NCBI GenBank assembly: GCA_013416795.1
Contig: RQSC01000025.1
Location: 62,001-126,000 of the forward strand
Reading direction: 5' to 3'
DNA from: Prasinococcaceae sp. CCMP 1430
Lineage: Eukaryota > Plantae > Prasinodermophyta
Length of the DNA stretch: 64,000 nt
Below, in pieces: positions 21,149-32,535 of this stretch (position 1 is its first letter; each line of letters begins with the position of its first letter). Under the pieces are notes generated by a model. It was given only the letters and a program-made list of their open reading frames with translations, had not been told where the DNA came from and did not search any database. Position numbers and translations under genes: made by a program.

Positions 21149-22735
21149 ATGGCCGCCAAGAGGGCGCTGCTGAGCGTGTCGGACAAGGCCGGCGTGGCCG
21201 ACCTCGCCAAGGGGCTGAGCGAGCTGGGATACGATCTGGTGTCCACTGGGGGCACCGCCAAGGCGCTGCGCGACGCTGGCCTCGAGGTGGCCGACGTGGC
21301 CGACATCACGTCGTTCCCTGAGATGCTCGGCGGGCGCGTCAAGACGCTGCACCCGGCGGTGCACGGCGGCATCCTCGCCAAGCGCGACGATCCCGAGCAC
21401 ATGAGCACCATCGAGGGCCACGACATCGAGCCCATCGACCTGGTGGTGGTCAACCTCTATCCCTTCCGCTCCACCGTGACGGCCGAGGGCGGCTGCGCGT
21501 TCGCCGACGGGGTCGAGAACATCGACATCGGTGGCCCTTCCATGCTGCGCGGCGCGGCCAAGAACCACACCGGCGTGCTGCCGCTCGTGGACCCCGAGGA
21601 CTACGACCGCGTGCTCGAGATGCTGCGTGCGGGCGACATCCCCGCCGACGCGCCCCTCCGCCGCGAGCTCGCGTGGAAGACCTTCCAGCACGTGGCGTCC
21701 TACGACGCCATCGTCGCCGAGTGGCTGTGGTCGGAGCAGAGCGACGAGGCGCCGCCGGCGCTGTGCGTGCCCATGGAGCGCACCGCGTCGCTGCGGTACG
21801 GCGAGAACCCGCACCAGCCGGCGGCGACCTACGCGGACCTGTCGCTCCGCGAGGCGGGCGCGGGCGGCGTGTCGCACGCGGTGGTGCACCACGGCAAGGA
21901 GATGAGCTACAACAACTACCTGGACGCGCAGGCCGCGTGGGCGTGCGTCAACGACCTGCCGTCGCAGGGCTGCGTGGTGGTCAAGCACACCAACCCGTGC
22001 GGCGTGGCGTGCAACGAGGACATCCTGGAGGCCTACCGCGACGCCGTGCGCGCCGACGCCACCAGCGCCTTCGGTGGCATCGTGGCGTTCAACTGCGAGG
22101 TCGACGAGAAGCTCGCGCGCGAGCTGCGTGAGTTCCGCTCGCCCAACGACGGCGAGACGCGCATGTTCTACGAGATCGTCATCGCGCCCTCGTACACCCC
22201 CGAGGGCCTCGAGACCCTCAAGGGCAAGAGCAAGAACCTCCGCATCCTCGAGTCGCCCGTGCGCTCCAAGGGCACCACGTCGCTGCGCCAGGTGGGCGGC
22301 GGCTGGCTCATGCAGGCGGCTGACGACCTGGTCCCTGAGGACATCGAGTGGACCTGCCCCACGAAGGCCCAGCCCACCGAGCAGCAGGTCAAGGACGCCA
22401 TGTTTGCGTGGGTGTGCTGCAAGCATGTCAACTCCAACGCCATCACCGTCGCCAAGGACAACAGGATGCTCGGCATGGGCAGCGGCCAGCCCAACCGCGT
22501 CTTCTCCGTGGAAATCGCCATGGGCAAGGCCGGCGACGAGTTCAAGGGCGCCGCGCTCGCGTCCGACGCCTTCTTCCCCTTCGCGCGCGGCGATTCCGTG
22601 GAGAACGCGTGCAAGGCGGGCGTCGGGGTCATCGTGCAGCCCGGCGGCAGCATGCGTGACGACGAGGCCATCGAGGTCTGCGACGAGCACAACGTGCCCA
22701 TGATCATGATGGGGCACAGGCACTTCAAGCACTAG
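21149..22735 (+). CDS. purH: Bifunctional AICAR formyltransferase / IMP cyclohydrolase
   Basis: ALLSVSDK, STGGTA, GRVKTLHP, ENIDIGGPSMLRGAAKNH, LRYGENPHQ, KHTNPCG, VNSNAI, GSGQPNRV, ASDAFFPF and QPGGS...RHFKH motifs. Confidence 0.95.
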   Translation: MAAKRALLSVSDKAGVADLAKGLSELGYDLVSTGGTAKALRDAGLEVADVADITSFPEMLGGRVKTLHPAVHGGILAKRDDPEHMSTIEGHDIEPIDLVVVNLYPFRSTVTAEGGCAFADGVENIDIGGPSMLRGAAKNHTGVLPLVDPEDYDRVLEMLRAGDIPADAPLRRELAWKTFQHVASYDAIVAEWLWSEQSDEAPPALCVPMERTASLRYGENPHQPAATYADLSLREAGAGGVSHAVVHHGKEMSYNNYLDAQAAWACVNDLPSQGCVVVKHTNPCGVACNEDILEAYRDAVRADATSAFGGIVAFNCEVDEKLARELREFRSPNDGETRMFYEIVIAPSYTPEGLETLKGKSKNLRILESPVRSKGTTSLRQVGGGWLMQAADDLVPEDIEWTCPTKAQPTEQQVKDAMFAWVCCKHVNSNAITVAKDNRMLGMGSGQPNRVFSVEIAMGKAGDEFKGAALASDAFFPFARGDSVENACKAGVGVIVQPGGSMRDDEAIEVCDEHNVPMIMMGHRHFKH

Positions 22736-22807
22736 CGGAAGCGCCTGCGGCGAGACGCCGCGTACATAAAGACGTATATTAATCACACACCGCGCGCTGC
22801 GCGTGCA

Positions 22808-25585
22808 TCACGCGAGCGCGTCGTCGAAGAATTGCTGCACGCGGGACTCCAGCGTGAGCCTGTCCTCGATCCCGCGGGGCATGTGACGCTCGTCGGGAAA
22901 CAGCAGCAGCTCGTAGACGCCGCTCTTCCCCAGCGAGTTCAGCGTACTCACCAGGCGGAACGTGTGGCGCGCGTGGACGTTCTCGTCAAGCAGCCCGTGG
23001 ACGATGAGCAGCTTCTGCGAGGGCTCGAGGTTGGCGCAGTGCTCCATGACGGAGCTCAGTGCGTAGCCCTCCTCGTTGAGCGCGGGCAGATCCATGTAGC
23101 GCTCCGTGTAGTAGGTGTCATAGCCCTCCCAGCTGGTGACCGGCGCGCCCGCCACGGCCGCCCTGAACACGTCCGGTGCGCGGCACAGACACATGGCGGC
23201 GAGGTATCCGCCGTACGACCACCCGCAGATGCCCACCCTGCCGGCACACGCAAGGCCCTGCCCGACCGCCCACTTGACCAGGGCTACCTGGTCGGCGACC
23301 TCGATATCGCCCAGTCTGTGGCGCACGCGGCTTTCGAACGCCACGCCGCGCCGCGCCGAGCCGCGATTGTCCACCTTGAGCACCAAGTAGCCCCTATGGC
23401 ACAGGTACTGCGCACGCATGTCCACGGTCATGTTCCACGAGTCGGTGACGTGCTGCACGTTGGGGCCGCCGTACACAGCCACGACCGTCGGGTACGGGCC
23501 AGACCCGAAGCGTTCCGGGTCGGGCCTGTACACCGCGGCGTACAAGGTCTCGCCCGCGCCGGGCGTGTTGTGCGGCGCGCGCAGCTGCACGATGGCGGGC
23601 GCGCGCAGCCGCAGGCGCGAGATACGCTCGACCGCCATGGGCGGCTCGTAGATGAGCAGCGACTGCGCGTCCGAGCTGGTGCTGTCGTACGTGTCGGAGA
23701 GTGCGTGCGCGAGCGAGTGCAGCGACATGCTCGGCACGCGCTCGAGGCCGTCGTGCACGTCGACGAACGATCGCAGGGCGTGGTCGAGCACCACCGAGTG
23801 CCGCCCCGATCGGTGCGTGATCTTCCGCGGGAAGGGGCCGGAGTTGATCGGCCGGACGGTGCCGTCGGCCGCTTTCTCGTACAGCGTGGTCACCAGCAGG
23901 TGCATTTCGAGCGGCGCGGGCACTGCCGCCATGTAGTACACCAGCCCCCTCTCCTCGTCCACGCCCACAACGTTTTCGACCACATACTCGCCGCTCGTCA
24001 GCTGCGCCACCATCGTGCCGTCTCCGGCGTATTGATACAAATGCTTGAAGCCCGTTCGCTCCGAGCCCCACAGGAAGCCGCCCAGCTCCACCTTGGCGGC
24101 CCCGAGATCGCTGGGTGCGCTGGTGGCCTGCGCGCTGGCCAGGCCGTGCGGCCGGTGCAGCGGCGTGAGGAAGTGATCGAGATTCACCCACGTCGCGCTC
24201 TCCTCGGTGAGCACCAGCCTGCGCGCGCCCGTCGAGGGGTCGAACGCCAGCAGCTTGAGGCGCGTCTGCCTCCGATTTTGCACCTGCGCGAGCAGCACCC
24301 CTGATCCCGTCCACAGGAAGCGGGCGAGGTACTCCTCGTCCTTGTCCTGCCTCCCCGCGCCCGGCCCGCCCCCGCCGCAGTCCAGGTCCATCAGCACGGG
24401 CGGCCCGCCGCACACGCTCACCACGGCGAGCCTGACGCGCACGTTCGGTTTGCCCGCGAACGGGTACGCGTGATCCTCCTGCGCCTCCGCCCCCACCGCA
24501 GCCTTGCCCTGGTGCATGATGCGGAAGAGCTCCACGCCGCCGCTGTCCACGACGGTGTACGCCAGCATGCGCCCGTCGAGCGACCACGCCACGCCGCTGC
24601 GGCGATTCATTTCCTCCTGCGCGATAAACTCGGCCACGCCGTGCGCCACCGTGCCCGGCACCGAGCCCCACGTGAGCTGCCGCGACGGCTGCGAGCCGCC
24701 GCCGTCCGCCCGCGCCACCGGCACCACGTGCACCTCGTCGTCCCTCACGAAACTCACGTGCTCGCCGTCGGGCGACACCTGCGGGTCGAGCACCGGGCTG
24801 TCGTACGTGGCGGCGACCAGCGTGCGCAGCGAGCCGTCGGCGAACGAGAACACGCACGCGCCATCCGGCAGCGGCAGCAGGAGCTCACCGGTGCTCTTGA
24901 TCCACTCGTAGCGCGTGATGCCCAGCCCGAGCTCGCGGCTGCGCTCGCGGCGCAGCCGCTCGGCCATCGGCAGGGCGCGCTCGTCGGCCTGCTCACCCAC
25001 GCTCACGAGCACCTCCTCCCTCCGCGTGGCCAGGTCGTAGCGGAAGAGCCTACGGCTGAGCGTGCCCTCGGGCGAGTACAGGTACGTGAGGAAGGAGTTG
25101 TCCGGCGAGAACGCCACCATCTGCGGCGCGCCGCATCCCGGCAGCGGGTGTCGCACGATGTCGAGCGCGGTGAACGCGGACGCGACCCAGCCGCCCGCGC
25201 CGCCCCCGTCCGCCGACGACGCTGACGGGGCGCCCGCGCCCTGCACGCTGGGCGCGGCGCCCTCGCACGCGCCGGCGCGCTCTCCGGGCCACGCGCCCGC
25301 AGCGGACGGCGCCGCCGAGCCACGCCCAAGCCGACGCGCACACGAGACGCCCCCCGCCCCTGCCCCGCCCCTCCCACGACCCCGCCCCGCGCACCCGCAC
25401 CTCCGCCTGCACCAGCGCACCCGCGCGCGCGCTGTGGCCGCGGCGCCGATCTGGGGAACGCACCCGGGCACGAAGATTTTTCCCCCGGGGTCGGAATCCC
25501 CAAATGGAACCCACACCAGGTCATGGATTCCATACCATCCCCATTCCATGTGACCTTGACTAAGACTCACAGAAGTATACATCAT
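22808..25585 (-). CDS. Dipeptidyl peptidase IV / DPP8-9-like serine peptidase (family S9B); true start uncertain
   Basis: DPPIV_N propeller (AEFIAQEEM, YPFAG) and catalytic triad GWSYGGY, HGLLDENVH, ERHMPR. Recognisable homology begins only near 25170 (DIVRHPLPG). Confidence 0.85.
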   Translation of the reverse strand: MMYTSVSLSQGHMEWGWYGIHDLVWVPFGDSDPGGKIFVPGCVPQIGAAATARARVRWCRRRCGCAGRGRGRGGAGAGGVSCARRLGRGSAAPSAAGAWPGERAGACEGAAPSVQGAGAPSASSADGGGAGGWVASAFTALDIVRHPLPGCGAPQMVAFSPDNSFLTYLYSPEGTLSRRLFRYDLATRREEVLVSVGEQADERALPMAERLRRERSRELGLGITRYEWIKSTGELLLPLPDGACVFSFADGSLRTLVAATYDSPVLDPQVSPDGEHVSFVRDDEVHVVPVARADGGGSQPSRQLTWGSVPGTVAHGVAEFIAQEEMNRRSGVAWSLDGRMLAYTVVDSGGVELFRIMHQGKAAVGAEAQEDHAYPFAGKPNVRVRLAVVSVCGGPPVLMDLDCGGGGPGAGRQDKDEEYLARFLWTGSGVLLAQVQNRRQTRLKLLAFDPSTGARRLVLTEESATWVNLDHFLTPLHRPHGLASAQATSAPSDLGAAKVELGGFLWGSERTGFKHLYQYAGDGTMVAQLTSGEYVVENVVGVDEERGLVYYMAAVPAPLEMHLLVTTLYEKAADGTVRPINSGPFPRKITHRSGRHSVVLDHALRSFVDVHDGLERVPSMSLHSLAHALSDTYDSTSSDAQSLLIYEPPMAVERISRLRLRAPAIVQLRAPHNTPGAGETLYAAVYRPDPERFGSGPYPTVVAVYGGPNVQHVTDSWNMTVDMRAQYLCHRGYLVLKVDNRGSARRGVAFESRVRHRLGDIEVADQVALVKWAVGQGLACAGRVGICGWSYGGYLAAMCLCRAPDVFRAAVAGAPVTSWEGYDTYYTERYMDLPALNEEGYALSSVMEHCANLEPSQKLLIVHGLLDENVHARHTFRLVSTLNSLGKSGVYELLLFPDERHMPRGIEDRLTLESRVQQFFDDALA
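25491..25550. repeat. GGAATCC/ATGGATTCCAT motif cluster, copy 1
   Basis: tcggaatccc at 25491 and atggattccata at 25533 are shared exactly with the cluster at 32536-32590. Confidence 0.55.
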
Positions 25586-26186
25586 TTCTCACTACAGTGA
25601 AATAATTACATTCAGATGATATGAACAAATAAAGTGGTCAAAACGTCATTATTGGGTTCTGCGTGGATGTTGATAATAGTACGAGTGGTTCCACTGAGGA
25701 GAAACGTCAAAGCGAATGGCGCTCGCCCGGCGGGCGGGCGCCCCGCGCGCGCGCGAAAAGGTCACCTGCGAACCAAAAGCGGGGGAAAAAAAAGGGGGGG
25801 GGCTGCTCTGCCGCATGGGCGGCAACGCGCACTTTTTTGCAATTGAATTTGATGAGACCCAAAGCAATGAGGAGTGACCTATCGAGGGCGCTCCTCGTGC
25901 GCTTCAGAGGCAAGCAGGAGTGACGTGCCGAGGTCAAAGTGCATGTCGCTCAAGCCGGGACGGGCGGGCGGCGCGATATGCGGTGCGGGCTGACGCGCCT
26001 TTTTTCTTTTTCTTTTTGTGTGCGCGGTGTCGGCCGCGCCCGTGCGGAGGCGTGCCATCAGACGGCACACCTCTTTCTTTTTCTTTTTCTTTTCTTTTTT
26101 CTTTTTCTTTTTCTTTTTCTTCGGCCGGTGTTTGATTTGGCCGCGACTGCGCCTTTTTCCCCTGTTTTTTTTTCTCCAGAGAGAGA

Positions 26187-26282
26187 CGGAATCCTCACGC
26201 ACTTCTGCGTCATTCAACCTTTCCGTGCCCTGAATGGATTCGCTCTCGACTTCGTTTTACTACTTGGGTTCCGTGGAATCCC
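26187..26282. repeat. GGAATCC motif cluster, copy 2
   Basis: cggaatcctc (26187), gaatggattc (about 26232) and ggaatccc (26275) all recur at 32536-32590. Confidence 0.5.
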
Positions 26283-26432
26283 AGTGCGGCCGATCGTTGT
26301 GGTCTGTGCACACGCACAAAAATTCGTGCGCAGCCGGGCGGACCGCCGCGCGTTCGTTCCCCCGGGCGGCGTGGTTCAAATTGCGCGGGCGAGAGGGGGC
26401 GAGGGGGCGGGGCGGCAGACCGCGCGCCGCCA

Positions 26433-26449
26433 NNNNNNNNNNNNNNNNN
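26433..26449. other. Assembly gap (N run)
   Basis: Run of n characters. Confidence 0.99.
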
Positions 26450-26581
26450 CTGAACTCACGCCGCGCCCGCGGGGGGTGTCGCGCGCGGGGGTGGAAAGGG
26501 AGGGGGGAGGGGAAGGGAGGCGGACGGGAGGGCCCGGGCCGCGCGTCGAGGGAGGGCGTGGCGCGCGCGCGGGCGGGAGCC

Positions 26582-26627
26582 ATGGCGCTGCGCGCGCCGG
26601 TCTACCGCGGCGATGCCCTGGAGGAGG

Positions 26628-26664
<37 letters not shown>

Positions 26665-27628
26665 GGGCGCGCACGAGGGCATGGACGCCGGCGCGCTTTT
26701 CGGCCCCCCGCCGGTCTTCGACTGGACCCAGACTATCCGCAGGATACGCCCCTGGCTCCTCCTGTTCGGCGCGTGCATCGTGTACGCCATCTACTGGTAC
26801 ATCGCCGAGCGCGTGACGCTCAACGTCGCCGACTCAAACGCGCGCGACGCCATCAACTCGTACCGGCGCTCGCAGCCGGCCGTGCAGGCGCACCACGACG
26901 ACTTCTTTCTGGCGGACCTCAACGCCATCAGTGCCGAAGTGCGCTTCTCCGGCGAGAGGCCGCGCTGGAGTGCGGTGACGTATCTGAGCGTCGCCGACGC
27001 CAAGCTGGATGGCGGCATCGCCGACATCTGGAGGATCTTCGGGCTGTCCACGACCTGCTCGTCGACGGCCGCGCGCGCCAGGGAGCTCGAAGCGGACCTG
27101 TTCGTCGAGGTCCCGGCGTACCGCCATGGTTGCGTCGCGGATGGCAGCTGCGTGCTCGAAGTGACGGCGGCGACGTACCTCGGCGGCGCGGTGGGCGTGC
27201 CAATGTACGAGCTCCTGCCCGCGGCGTCGGGCGAGGCGGGCAGGGTGCAGCTGCGGCGACTGACAGCAGTGTCCGTCAGGGTGAGCTACGCGGCTCGGCT
27301 GCGCGGAGAGGACAGGGCGTGGCGGCTGGACGGCGCGGAAGGCACGTACGCGACAGTGCTCGCCGACGTTGCATACGAGGACGCCGCGGCCGGCAGATCC
27401 CTGAGGGGCGTCGCGGTGCGCGTCCGCGACAGCGCCGCGCCGGAGCGACTCACGTACCCGCAGCTCACTGGCGCGTGGCGGCTTGCAGGGGTCCTCTCGA
27501 CCCTGAGCGTGGCCGCACTCATCGTGGTCACGGTCCCGCCGTTCGTCGGCATCAGCTACGTGACCGTCATGAGTGATGACGCCCCGCCACCGTGCTGGCG
27601 CATGCGGCTGTCCTGGCGGGGTTGGTGA
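26582..27628 (+). CDS. Hypothetical two-transmembrane protein with a large intervening loop
   Basis: Open ATG frame of 348 aa with coding-like codon use, a poly-Q tract and hydrophobic segments PWLLLFGACIVYAIYWYI and LAGVLSTLSVAALIVVTVPPFVGI. TGTAA follows at 27706. Confidence 0.7.
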
Positions 27629-27767
27629 GAGCGCCCGCAGCCCCTGCGCGCAGCCATGCTAGGCCGTGCTGCGCGCGCTGCGGGGCCTGGCCCTTGCGCT
27701 CAAATTGTAAACTCCCAAAAATGCTGTACAAAAATGGATTATCGTACACAGAGGGGGCGCGCCAGCA

Positions 27768-29896
27768 TCACTGAGCGCAGGCGTGCGAGGGCGCCGCGGT
27801 GGCGCCCGCGCCGCCGGCGTGCCGGCCCTCGCCATCGGCCATCTGGGACCGCGCGAGTGCCACCAGCTCTGCTGCCGCGCCGCCCTCCACGTAGGGCATG
27901 CCGCCGCTCGTCGCAGCCGCGAATTCGCGCACGCTCGACACCGCGAGGGGCATGCCGACCAGCCGGTCGTTGAGGACGACCGTGGCGACGTAGTCGCCGG
28001 GGCGCACCTGCACGCGCTCAGGCCCGTTCGCCGCGCCCATCGCGCTGCCACCGCGCAAAGCCCCCAGGGAGGGCGCCACCGCCAGCTCCTTGGGTATGCG
28101 GATGCCCCGGTTGGTGTTAGAGCGCGCCCACAGCTCGCCCTCCTTGTTGCCGTCCCCCTCGACGAGAGCGAGGTGCACGCGGCCGACCTCCCTCGCGCGT
28201 TGGAGCTCCTCGCCGCGGCGGTACGCAGCAATGATCTCCTCGAGCCGGCGCTGTTTGTCCGAGGCGGGAACGTCGTCCTCGTACTTCCTCGCCGCGTGTG
28301 TTTTGTCCCTGCGGCTGTAGGCGAACAGGAAGGCCGACGCGTACCCCGTGCGCTCGATGAGATCCACCGTGAGGGCGTGGTCGTCCTCGGTCTCGCCACA
28401 GAAGCCTGCGATGAAGTCCGAGGAGATCTCGAGCCCGGGCAAGGCAGCGCGCGCGCGGACCACCAGGGAATCGTACGCCTCTCTCGTGTACCCGCGCCGC
28501 ATGCGCTCCAGCATGCGGCTCGAGCCGCTCTGCGCGGGCAGGTGCAGCATGCGGCCCACGTTCGGGTGGCGGGCTACCACCTCGAGGACGTCGTCACCAA
28601 AGTCCTTGGGGTGAGGACTGGTTGCGCGGAAGGTGATCTCCGGGTGCGCACCCGCCGCCGCGTCCAGCAACCGCGCGAAGGTGAAGCCACCACGCTGCGG
28701 CTTGTACACGGATGTGAAGCCGTCCGCGTAGGCATCAAAGCCCTCAGCGCCGCCCTTCGAGCGGCCGCCGCTCTCGCCGCCCAGGTAGCAGTAGCTGTTG
28801 ACGTTCTGGCCGAGGAGCGTGACCTCTTTGACGCCCTGCCGAGCGAGAGCGTCGATTTCGCCGAGGATGCTCTCTGGATCGCGGGAGCGCTCGCGACCGC
28901 GCACGTATGGCACGATGCAGAACGAGCACATGTTGTTGCACCCTGCAGCCGCACCGCCAGCGAAGAGAGCGCGAAGCGCGCTGGTCAGCATGGGCGCGTG
29001 CGCGCCTCGCACGCGCGGCCAGGGCAGCGCCACGCACCGCGCGTGATGGAGACGAAGGCGCCAACGTCGCCAGCGCGGCGCACGGGCGTCACGTCTGCGT
29101 ATGTTTCCTCGAGCGATAGCTGGACGTTCATGAGGCCCGCACCGGCCAGGCCCGTGCGGCCAGGGGCCGCCAGCGCCGCACCGGCCGCACCCACCAGCCG
29201 CGGAAGGTCCCGGTAGGCGTCGGGGCCCGCCACCACATCCACTAGCCGGTCGCTCTCCAGCAGCTGGCGCTTGAGGCGCTCCGCCATGCAGCCCAGGACG
29301 CCAACGACGGGAGACGCGGGCACACCCTTGCGCTTTGTGCGAACCTTGAGGTTCTTGAAGTAGTTGAGACGCGACAGCACCTTGTCCTCCGCCTTCTCGC
29401 GAATCGCGCACGTGTTGAGCAGCACGACGTCGGCGGTCGTCGGCCCGTCTGCTGCGACCATGCCGGCGTCCGCCAGGACGGAGAGCACCACTTCGCTGTC
29501 GGCTTTGTTCATCTGACAACCATAGGTCTCCACCCACAGCGAGCGGCGCTCCAGCCATCGCTGCGGGAGTTCCGTCGGCGAGAGCGGTGCGCCTGCGCCA
29601 AATCCCGTGCCCGCCCCCGTGCCCGCGCCGCCCGCGCCGCCCGCGCGCCCGTCGCCGCCAACGAAGTCGGCGAGCGTCTTGCCGTCCTTGGGCAGCTGCC
29701 GCGAGCGCGCGCCGGCGCCAGCGGTGGAAAAGCTCGCGGCCGCCGCCGCCCTCACCCTAGCAATTGCGGCGGCCATAGACCTCTCAGCGGTGGCAGCGCC
29801 CACCGCTGCGCCGCCCGCCGCGCCGCCTGCTGCTCCAGCCGCTGCGCGCAGCCGCCTCGCCGCCGAGCATGCGCTGAGCGCAGCTCTGCGCCGCAT
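27768..29896 (-). CDS. miaB: tRNA 2-methylthiotransferase (MiaB/CDK5RAP1), radical SAM; 2 exons
   Basis: UPF0004 domain ([27 protein letters not shown]), intron 29037-28943, [21 protein letters not shown] cluster motif, [28 protein letters not shown] and a TRAM-like tail. Confidence 0.92.
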
Positions 29897-30226
29897 GGCG
29901 CGCGTGGCTGTCCGCACGCCCCTCCCCAACCCGCACGTCCCACCCACACCCACACCCTCACCCCAAGACGCAGACGCTCACTCACGCACACGCCCGCGCA
30001 ACTGCGCGCGCACACCGCGCGCCACGCCCGTGGCGGGCGCCAAGAGCGGCGCGCGTGCGCCGTGTGGCAGGCAGGCGCCCTGCCGTTCACCCGCCCCCCG
30101 CAGCCCACGCACCTCCTCCTCGAGGCAGTCGGGCGCCCATATCGCCAGGCTAGCGTGGGCGCGCCGCCCGAGCCCGGGCCAGGCTGTTGCGTGCAGCGGG
30201 GGCGCCGGGAGGGCGCGGCGGCGGAC

Positions 30227-32407
30227 ATGGAGGCAGCGGACGCACGGCGCGACTCGCAGGGCTCGCCCCAGAGCAATCGTGTCGCGGCCGCTGCCGCTGC
30301 CGCGGGCGCGCAGCAGGAGAAGCGGCAGGAGCAGCCGCCGCCGCAGCAGCAGCAGCAGCAGCAGCAGCAGCGGGCGCCGATGCTGGGTGCGGAGGGCATG
30401 GAGCTCGTGCAGAACGCGCTGAGCTCCCACAGGCCCAAGGACGCGCTCAAGATCATCCACGAGCGAACATCGCTGCCCGCGTGCCATGCGCCGGCGCTTG
30501 GTCTGCTCGAGCACCTCGGCGTCGGCCGACCGGAGACGCATGCTGCGCTCCTCGGCGCGGCGCGCCTGCTGCTGCTCGAGCGCGTGAAGACCCTCTCGAG
30601 CGACAAGTTGCTCGATCTGCTGGGGTCGTCGTTCAAGTACCTGGGCATTCCGGACTTGCGCCCGATCGCACTGGCCGTGCTCGAACGCCTGCGCCCCGTG
30701 CCGACGCAGTACCTCAAGCAGCTCGCCAGCGACGCCGAGATGTTTGAATCGCTGCCGGTCAGCGTGCGGCAGCAGGTGTGGGAGCTCGACAAGGCCCTGC
30801 TGCGCAGACACGTGCAGCCGCTGCTCAAGCAGTTTGCGAAGGAGCGGCGCATGGACGCGTCGGCGGTGGAGCCGGCGCCGCTCGAGCCCGCAGCGACCGC
30901 CAAGGCCGCAGCAGAGGGCGGGGGCGCAGACGGCGGCGCGTGCGGGATTTGCGGCGGCGACACAGCTGCCATGCTGGCGCCGCGCGATCGCAAGGCGGAG
31001 CGCGCCTCGAGCGCTGCCCTGCAGGGCTTGGTGGAAATCATCGGGTCGTCGCGCTCCATCTACGACGCCGTGATGTCGCAGTGCAGATCGTCGTACGCCG
31101 AGAAGGGCGGCAGCGCTGACTGCTCGCTGCGCTCGCAGTTGCTGATGTCTCTGCACGACGCCGGCGGGGAGGACCTGTGCGCCCACGACCGCGTGCACAA
31201 GCTGGCGTGGCTCCTGGACGCGTGCGCCAAGAAGGGTCACATCGACACGAAGAGCATCACCGACCTCTCGGAGTTCTTCCAAGAAGTGCGCCCGCGCGGC
31301 GGGCCGAACGCGCAGCGGAATCTCGACGACCGCGCATCCAACACCAACGACCAGTCCGCGGCCATCCTGGGCGACGCGGGAATGGTCATTCGCGAGCCAT
31401 ACACCTACAACCTGCTGCTGTCGGCACTCGCGCGATACATCCACATGTGCGCATCCTCGATGAAGATGCCCAAGTCCTCGGAGACGGTCAAGTTTCTGCT
31501 GCACTCCATCAGCCTTGCTGGCAGCTGCCGCAAGATGCTGCGCAACAACAAGTTCGACGACAAGCCGGTGGTGGAGGCCACCTCCGATGCTCTGCACAAG
31601 ACTCTCCCGAAGCTGGTCGAGGTGCTCGCCGACGGCATGGCGGCCGAGGCGGAGGGCCGGGCGAGGGCCGTCAAAGAGGGATGCGGTGGGGGCGAGGCGG
31701 GCGTGCAGGGCGTGGCGGCTCCTGGTGGCGATGCGGAGGCGTGCGAGGCGGTTGCGGCGGTCTTTTCCGACGACATGGAGGAGAAGCTCTGCGCTGCCGG
31801 GGAGGCGCTCGCGAGGCACTGCAGCAAGGACAGCCTCTCGCGGCGCATCGTGTTCCACATGGGTGCTCACTCGCTGGCGGCGAGCGCCCGCTCGCCTGCG
31901 CACGTGCGGCTGACGCGGTGCGTGTGGCGCGCGACAGCCACACTCGACTACTCGGCGATGGCGCACGAGGCCGCCGCGGCGGAGGCCGTGGTGAGGGCGG
32001 CGCGGGTGCTGCTGGAGCAGGGGGTGCTCTCCCCGGCGGGCGGCGCGTGGGCGGACCTGATCGCCTTTGGCAAGCAAGCTGCGGGAGCCGGGGCGAGCGC
32101 GCACGTGGAGCTCATCAAGGTGCTCACGGTGGCGGGCCAGAAGGGCCTGGCGCCCGACGCGCTCTCCGACCTGCTCCAGGAGACCGTCGCGACCGAGCGC
32201 GCGCCCGTGCGCTCGAAGAAGCGCAAGGCCGTCGACGGCGCCGTCGACGGCGGGCCCGCATCCAAGAAGCAGGCCGCGCACCACGCGGCCGTGCTCGAGG
32301 CCTACCGGGCGGCGTGCGCCGAGCTGCCCAGCGTGACGCGCGATCGCGCCCCCGTGCTCTGGGCGTGGCTCGACGATGCCGCCGCCGACGCCGACGCCGA
32401 CACGTAA
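30227..32407 (+). CDS. NELFB: Negative elongation factor B (COBRA1) homolog
   Basis: KLLDLLGSSFKY...LRPIALAVLERL...VRQQVWE...LL...VQPLLKQF, LRSQLLMSLHD...HKLAWLLDAC and LGDAGMVIREP follow the COBRA1/NELF-B motifs in the expected order. Confidence 0.8.
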   Translation: MEAADARRDSQGSPQSNRVAAAAAAAGAQQEKRQEQPPPQQQQQQQQQRAPMLGAEGMELVQNALSSHRPKDALKIIHERTSLPACHAPALGLLEHLGVGRPETHAALLGAARLLLLERVKTLSSDKLLDLLGSSFKYLGIPDLRPIALAVLERLRPVPTQYLKQLASDAEMFESLPVSVRQQVWELDKALLRRHVQPLLKQFAKERRMDASAVEPAPLEPAATAKAAAEGGGADGGACGICGGDTAAMLAPRDRKAERASSAALQGLVEIIGSSRSIYDAVMSQCRSSYAEKGGSADCSLRSQLLMSLHDAGGEDLCAHDRVHKLAWLLDACAKKGHIDTKSITDLSEFFQEVRPRGGPNAQRNLDDRASNTNDQSAAILGDAGMVIREPYTYNLLLSALARYIHMCASSMKMPKSSETVKFLLHSISLAGSCRKMLRNNKFDDKPVVEATSDALHKTLPKLVEVLADGMAAEAEGRARAVKEGCGGGEAGVQGVAAPGGDAEACEAVAAVFSDDMEEKLCAAGEALARHCSKDSLSRRIVFHMGAHSLAASARSPAHVRLTRCVWRATATLDYSAMAHEAAAAEAVVRAARVLLEQGVLSPAGGAWADLIAFGKQAAGAGASAHVELIKVLTVAGQKGLAPDALSDLLQETVATERAPVRSKKRKAVDGAVDGGPASKKQAAHHAAVLEAYRAACAELPSVTRDRAPVLWAWLDDAAADADADT

Positions 32408-32535
32408 TACCACCAGCCGCGAGCCGCCAACGCGACGCACGCGCCGCCGCCGCTCGCCATCGCCACAGGCGCCGACCGCCGCCGCCGCCGCCGCCGCGCG
32501 GCCGCACCGCGCCCGTTCGCTCCGCTCCGCGCCGA

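Noticed and set aside
10514-22735. Allantoinase plus purH as a purine gene cluster
   Set aside because: They are separated by five unrelated genes and belong to opposing pathways, so the proximity is likely chance.
25939-26170. (TTTTTC)n tract and poly-Lys/Phe ORFs
   Set aside because: This is an ordinary T-rich promoter or low-complexity tract, with a similar one at 7540-7620.
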